64,000 bases of DNA, from assembly GCA_964587385.1 (NCBI GenBank), contig CAZPLA010000041.1, positions 43,289 to 107,288 of the forward strand. Reading direction: 5' to 3'. Of the stretch, positions 59,285 through 64,000 are shown one piece after another. This DNA comes from an uncultured Dehalococcoidia bacterium (lineage in GTDB: Bacteria > Chloroflexota > Dehalococcoidia > Lucifugimonadales > GCA-2712585). Each line of letters begins with the position of its first letter. Position 1 is the first letter of the stretch. A model generated the notes under the pieces. That model worked only from the letters and a program-made list of their open reading frames with translations. It did no database searches and had not been told where the DNA came from. The position numbers and the translations under genes are program-made.

Positions 59285-60757
59285 ATGAAAAGTCCACAAA
59301 ATAGAGACAGGCGTCTTCTTATGGATATTAGCGTCGAGGGCCGCGTTGGTGCGGTTATGCCATCAATCGATGTTCCTCTTCAAGATCTCCCTGCAAACTC
59401 TTTGCTCAGAACTGAACTTGAACTTCCAGAGGTCACAGAACCCGAGATCGTCCGATATTTCACTCGATTAAGTCAGCTTAATTTTTCTATTGATACTCAT
59501 TTCTACCCATTGGGCAGTTGCACGATGAAATATAATCCCAAAGTTAACGATGTAATTGCTTTTTCGCACGGTTTTGCCTTCATCCATCCGCTTCAACAAC
59601 CCTCTCAAGTCCAGGGAGCCCTGGAACTGATGTATTATTTGCAGAATTATTTGGCAGAAATCACTGGCATGAGTTCCTGTAGCCTCGCCCCATTAGCTGG
59701 AGCTCAAGGTGAGCTAGCTGGCATACTTATGATACAAAAATATCATCATGCCAAAGGAGATTCTCACAGGCGTAAGATGCTGATTCCTGATAGTGCCCAT
59801 GGAACTAACCCAGCTTCAGCAGCTATGGCAGGATTCAACGTGGTGTCCATACCAACAGATGAGAACGGAAATATCGATTTAGAATCCTTGAAGTCGGAGG
59901 CTACTGAAGACTTGGCAGGGATGATGATAACTTTACCGAGCACATTAGGGTTGTTTGACAGCAATATTGAACAGGTTTGCGAGTTGGTCCACCAGGCCGG
60001 TGGAATGGTCTATGCAGACGGAGCAAACTTTAATGCTCTTATAGGCCAAGTTAAGATGGGGGATTTGGGATTTGATGTCATGCATCTAAACCTACATAAA
60101 ACCTTCAGCACTCCACATGGAGGTGGCGGGCCTGGAGCCGGTCCAATTTGCGCAAGAATGCCACTAGATCCTTATTTGCCTTCTCCAATAATTAATAAAA
60201 CGGAAAACTCATCTGGAGAATATTTCTCATTATCAACTCCTCCCAAAAGCATTGGAAGAATGTCAGCTCATCATGGAAACTTCGGGGTGTTGGTAAGAGC
60301 ATACACCTATTTACGAACATTAGGAGATGCGGGACTTAAACAAGTGAGCGAGAATGCCGTTCTAAATGCTAACTACATTCTTCACCATCTGAAAACTCAT
60401 TATCTCTTACCATTCGATCGCCCATGCATGCACGAAGTTGTTCTATCTGCAAATTCTCACAAAGCTAGTGGAATCCGAGGTTTAGAAATAGCAAAGAGAT
60501 TACTCGATTATGGATTTCACGCACCAACAATGTACTTCCCACTAACAGTAGATGAAGCTCTATTAATAGAACCCACAGAAACTGAAAGCAAGGAAACACT
60601 TGACCTATTTATAGAAGCCATGCTTTCAATTGACCAAGAAGCTCAAAATGATCCAGAGCTGGTTAAGGCTTCCCCTCACTCTACCCCAGTAACCAGATTA
60701 AACGAAGTGCATGCCGCCAGACACCTTAATCTTCGTTGGAAAAATGAATTAGCCTAA
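59285..60757 (+). CDS. gcvPB: glycine dehydrogenase (decarboxylating) subunit 2
   Basis: 'YPLGSCTMKYNP', 'SAHGTNPASA', PLP motif 'HLNLHKTFSTPHGGGGPG'. Confidence 0.97.
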   Translation: MKSPQNRDRRLLMDISVEGRVGAVMPSIDVPLQDLPANSLLRTELELPEVTEPEIVRYFTRLSQLNFSIDTHFYPLGSCTMKYNPKVNDVIAFSHGFAFIHPLQQPSQVQGALELMYYLQNYLAEITGMSSCSLAPLAGAQGELAGILMIQKYHHAKGDSHRRKMLIPDSAHGTNPASAAMAGFNVVSIPTDENGNIDLESLKSEATEDLAGMMITLPSTLGLFDSNIEQVCELVHQAGGMVYADGANFNALIGQVKMGDLGFDVMHLNLHKTFSTPHGGGGPGAGPICARMPLDPYLPSPIINKTENSSGEYFSLSTPPKSIGRMSAHHGNFGVLVRAYTYLRTLGDAGLKQVSENAVLNANYILHHLKTHYLLPFDRPCMHEVVLSANSHKASGIRGLEIAKRLLDYGFHAPTMYFPLTVDEALLIEPTETESKETLDLFIEAMLSIDQEAQNDPELVKASPHSTPVTRLNEVHAARHLNLRWKNELA

Positions 60758-60759
60758 TA

Positions 60760-61152
60760 ATGCCAATTGTTGATCACAAGAACTTGCCTGAATTGCCATG
60801 GAGGCCGAAATATCGAGTTTGGCCTATTATTGATGAAACCGAACATGTAGATTGCATACTGCACTATGGAATCATCGAACCAAACGGAGGTGCTCCTCTT
60901 CACGCTCATCAAACAGATGAATTGATAGTAGTGCTTGAAGGCTCACTTCAGGGTGTCATTGGAGATACTTCAGGAATAATAAATCCTGATCAAACCATGG
61001 TTATACCTAAAGGAATATCACATAGTTTTAGAGCCGTTGGTGCGAAACCGGCCAAAATATTAACCTTCTTTCCTTCAAAGGACGGGATGAAAAATACAGT
61101 TTATTTTGAAGGAAAACCACCCAAGATATACAACAAAGAATCAGAAACTTAG
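60760..61152 (+). CDS. cupin domain protein
   Basis: 'PLHAHQTDELIVVLEG' and 'IPKGISHSF' metal-binding cupin motifs; starts 2 nt after the gcvPB stop. Confidence 0.85.
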   Translation: MPIVDHKNLPELPWRPKYRVWPIIDETEHVDCILHYGIIEPNGGAPLHAHQTDELIVVLEGSLQGVIGDTSGIINPDQTMVIPKGISHSFRAVGAKPAKILTFFPSKDGMKNTVYFEGKPPKIYNKESET

Positions 61153-61241
61153 TAGCATGGTCTGTATCATAACTGTATAATCTGATGATGCCGATATTAA
61201 AGACCTGTTTATAATTTTCTCTCGTAAAAAAGGAGGCTAAT

Positions 61242-61691
61242 ATGGCCATCGAAGTAGGGGCAAATGCTCCGGAATTTGATCTTGTAAGTCATACAAATGA
61301 GCGTTTTACTTTAAGTCAATTTAAGGATAAAAAGACTGTTGTATTAGCATTCTACGTATTCGACTTTACCGGAGGTTGAACTAACCAAATTTCCTCGTTT
61401 AGTGGAGCAAATCCCACGTTCGAGGAAAAAAATGTCCAGGTCTTGGGCATTAGCTGCGATACCCAACACTCTCATAGAGCCTGGTCCAATTCTCTCGGCA
61501 ATATTAGGTTTCCACTCCTAGCCGATTTTCATCCCCACGGGGAAATGTGTAAGACATATGGCGTTTTTAATGAAACTAATGGGGCTCCGAGGAGAGCGAT
61601 AATTATAATTAACACCAAGGGAAAGGTTATATTTAGTCAAGAATATACATCCATACCAAGCCCTGATGAAATTCTGGCAGAATTAGACTGA
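61242..61691 (+). CDS. peroxiredoxin (AhpC/TSA, AhpE/BCP-like), probable selenoprotein (Sec at in-frame TGA 61377-61379)
   Basis: ATG behind AAGGAGG reads MAIEVGANAPEFDL...KTVVLAFYVFDFTGG-TGA-TNQISSF...VQVLGISCD...FPLLADFHPHGE.CKTYGV...RRAIIII. The TGA is at the peroxidatic Cys of the TxxC motif. 149 aa with read-through. Confidence 0.9.
61390..61428 (+). promoter_or_regulatory. putative bacterial SECIS hairpin
   Basis: Lower stem TTTCCTCG/CGAGGAAA starts 10 nt after the UGA; upper stem GTGGA/TC(C)CAC; apical loop GCAAA starting with G. Confidence 0.7.
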
Positions 61692-61727
61692 ATTTATATT
61701 AATACTAAAGGATGTCTTTAGGGGAAA

Positions 61728-62606
61728 TTGCGATATAAAGTGAAGGAATCTATCAACTTAGATAATGGCAACTCATTAACCGACAAGAACTTGGGAAATC
61801 CAAGCCTTGGCACATGTTTTAAGTGGAATAACTTAGTACTATTAGTAGATAGAAAGGGAAGAAAGTACTTAATAACACTTAAACAAGACGAGTCTTTCCA
61901 TACTCATTTGGGATATATTAATCACAATGACATTGTGGGAAATCCACCAGGCAGTTGGTTTTTTACAACTAACGGCCATCGACTTCTAGGACTGAATCCA
62001 ACTCTTTCGGATTTCATTTTGGAAATGGACAGAGCAACTCAAGTGATTTACCCCAAGGACATAGGAACCATATTAATGTCTGCAGACATTTTTCCCGGTG
62101 CCATCGTTGTGGAAGCAGGATTTGGTTCTGGAGCTTTAACTTTAGCACTGCTTAGAAGTGTAGGGCAGACCGGAAAGGTAATAACCTATGATTTGGAGAC
62201 TTCCAAATCCGCAAAATCACTGGCCCAAATAACCCCATTTATGCCAAAGAATCATTCTCTTACCGTAAAAGAGGGCGACATCTATAAAGGTATTAGTGAA
62301 AGGGAAATTGACAGACTAATACTTGACCTCCCAGAACCGTGGCAGGCGGTTGAGGTAGCATTGTCGTCCCTTACTTTAGGTGGCATATTTTTAAGCTTCC
62401 TCCCAACCATTTTGCAAGTACACAAGTTAGTAGAATCTTTAAATGCCTCTGGCCAATTTCAGCTTATCGAAACTATAGAAGTATTGCACCGGAGTTGGCA
62501 CGTTTCTACACGTAGCGTGCGCCCAGACCACCGCATGGTCGCGCACACGGGATTTATCACTACAGCTAGGAAATGTAATCCGAAGTCAACCGGAAACAAC
62601 CAGTAG
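61728..62606 (+). CDS. trmI: tRNA (adenine-58-N1)-methyltransferase
   Basis: 'FHTH.G', 'R.TQVIYPKD', 'VVEAGFGSGALT', 'LDLPEPW', 'VRPDHRMVAHTGF'. Confidence 0.92.
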   Translation: MRYKVKESINLDNGNSLTDKNLGNPSLGTCFKWNNLVLLVDRKGRKYLITLKQDESFHTHLGYINHNDIVGNPPGSWFFTTNGHRLLGLNPTLSDFILEMDRATQVIYPKDIGTILMSADIFPGAIVVEAGFGSGALTLALLRSVGQTGKVITYDLETSKSAKSLAQITPFMPKNHSLTVKEGDIYKGISEREIDRLILDLPEPWQAVEVALSSLTLGGIFLSFLPTILQVHKLVESLNASGQFQLIETIEVLHRSWHVSTRSVRPDHRMVAHTGFITTARKCNPKSTGNNQ

Positions 62607-62687
62607 GTGGAATCCTATCGAAATCTTAGACAAGTCCCCTAGCTATAAAAGGTTTTTATTTCGAATGAGTCTCTGATTCGTCATCCA

Positions 62688-63929
62688 TTACGGACTATAG
62701 GATTCATAATTTCGCCAACCGGAAGCAAGATGAGGATATCTACCTTCCAATAGAGGCATATGGATATCAGAAAGAAGAGGTATAGGGAGATCATCTGCCA
62801 ACGATACAAGGTCTTTCCCTCCATGAACCCCCCAAAGTGGATAACCAGGTGCATTTTTGCCCTGTACTAAAACTTTGAAATCCCCTAGTCCACCAGGTCG
62901 CATGAGGTCTAACATTCCCATTCGATTCGAGTCTCTTTGAATTTGCCCTAGGCCCATTGAAGCAATTCGTGACATGAATTTTCTCAATCCTAAATTACTA
63001 AGAAACAAATTTTGAGTAACATATCCAATTGGCTTACAATTCAACTCCAATCCCTTTTGGATTAAAGTAGTGAAGTCCACCTGAGCAGTTATATCTTGTC
63101 TTCCTATGTTGATATAAGGATCATCATTTTGAGAATGTTTATAGAAACATGTAAGCGTTCCTCTAGTTTTCTCCTGGGAATACAATTCAGCCGCCTGACT
63201 ACCGTAATCTATTGATAACATATATCCTGTGTCCAAAATATTTACCGCTTCTTCAATCCAATTCTCTATACCCAAATTAATTTCAGCAGAATTTCCTTCG
63301 TGCAGTTCTACGTCTAGTTTCCTGAGTCTTTTCTCTAACTCTGGAGTGGAAGGTTGGTCCAAATATTCCCTGAATTGACCTTCCTCAATTGTGACATAAA
63401 TCTCCTTTAGTTCACCATTTTGCATTTGAACCCTATGCACTGGAAATGTATCAAATAGCTCATTAGATAAAATACATCCTTCTATCGGTTTTAATGGCAA
63501 TCGATTAGCAACTACCCTGTCAACCAATCTATGAGAAGTTAAAGGCAGGTTTTCTTCAATACCAGGGTTCATCCTAAGATCCAAACACAAATAATTTAGC
63601 GTTTTTTGAAAATCCTTAGGGAGGTGCTCAGTATAGTTAAGCAAGTCGTAGCATAATAAACCTGACCCAGCTCCAACCTCTATTATCCAAAACGGATCTG
63701 GCTTACCCATTAGTGACCACATTTGATAAATCTGTATTGCTAAAAGCGCTCCAAATGCTGGATGCGCGCCAGGAGCAGTATAAAAGTCGCCTTTGGGGCC
63801 CACCGGATTCGAATACCTATAGTACCCATCATCAGGACAATAAAGAGCTATATCCATGAAGCGAGCAAATGTTATAGCTCCTTCATTCCGTATTAGCCTA
63901 TAAATTTCTGATTGAGCCCCGTTTATCAT
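62688..63929 (-). CDS. MidA/NDUFAF7-family SAM-dependent methyltransferase (DUF185)
   Basis: 'ITFARFM..ALY', 'GDFYTAP', 'EVGAGSG', 'SNELFD.FP', 'IDYG', 'G.QDITAQVDF'; ATG 63929 behind AGGGAGG. Confidence 0.9.
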   Translation of the reverse strand: MINGAQSEIYRLIRNEGAITFARFMDIALYCPDDGYYRYSNPVGPKGDFYTAPGAHPAFGALLAIQIYQMWSLMGKPDPFWIIEVGAGSGLLCYDLLNYTEHLPKDFQKTLNYLCLDLRMNPGIEENLPLTSHRLVDRVVANRLPLKPIEGCILSNELFDTFPVHRVQMQNGELKEIYVTIEEGQFREYLDQPSTPELEKRLRKLDVELHEGNSAEINLGIENWIEEAVNILDTGYMLSIDYGSQAAELYSQEKTRGTLTCFYKHSQNDDPYINIGRQDITAQVDFTTLIQKGLELNCKPIGYVTQNLFLSNLGLRKFMSRIASMGLGQIQRDSNRMGMLDLMRPGGLGDFKVLVQGKNAPGYPLWGVHGGKDLVSLADDLPIPLLSDIHMPLLEGRYPHLASGWRNYESYSP

Positions 63930-63951
63930 CACACCTCCCTGCTTGAGAATC

Positions 63952-63972
63952 AAAAAAGGCCCCTCGGGACCT
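63952..63972 (-). terminator. intrinsic terminator-like hairpin just upstream of the MidA-like gene
   Basis: Minus strand AGGTCC-CGAG-GGGCCT followed by TTTTT. Confidence 0.6.
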
Positions 63973-64000
63973 AATTAACAGGGGAAATATAATACCAACT

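Noticed and set aside
438..61249. The many short (60-165 aa) ORFs antisense or out of frame within long genes
   Set aside because: They are shadow ORFs of well-supported genes, with no motifs or RBS support.
39685..61691. Genome-wide reassignment of TGA (to Trp or Gly), or pseudogenes, as the explanation for the in-frame TGAs
   Set aside because: TGA terminates many intact genes here. The only two in-frame TGAs noticed both fall exactly on catalytic Cys positions with a downstream hairpin and no other lesions.
1..64000. CRISPR arrays, tRNA/rRNA genes, IS elements, long tandem DNA repeats
   Set aside because: None were seen by eye. Intergenic gaps are short and explained by promoters, terminators and the riboswitch. 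The NHL and PQQ repeats are protein-level only.

Overview
Gene-dense, AT-rich bacterial chromosomal segment with about 58 CDS and no rRNA, tRNA, CRISPR array or mobile element. Gene content and protein style suggest Chloroflexota/Dehalococcoidia (SAR202-like); this is inference only. It holds mostly housekeeping genes: ccmABCDE, ogg-dinG, xerD, uvrC, ttuBA, a peptide ABC transporter, gatCA, pth, ligA, tyrS, ribF, fdhD plus an FdhF/YdeP-type molybdoenzyme, hspR-grpE-dnaK, queG, gcvT-H-PA-PB and trmI. The ORF track misses several things. (1) Two thiol-oxidoreductase genes have an in-frame TGA exactly at the catalytic Cys, each followed by a SECIS-like hairpin: a thioredoxin-NHL-repeat protein (DFWTYC-U-INC, 39685-41169 minus) and a peroxiredoxin (FTGG-U, 61242-61691 plus). 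Both are probable selenoproteins. (2) A complete SAM-I riboswitch with terminator and antiterminator controls a cytoplasmic sulfite-oxidase-family molybdoenzyme. (3) A HAIR-like operator variant (CTTGACA-N7-TGTCAAG) sits on the hspR-grpE-dnaK promoter. Also notable are a PAS-MenA fusion downstream of a TetR gene with a visible operator, a split D-glutamate-cyclase-like gene pair, a Cys-type (CxxxY) CcmE, and a peptide ABC operon with no binding-protein gene but a large extracytoplasmic insertion in a permease.
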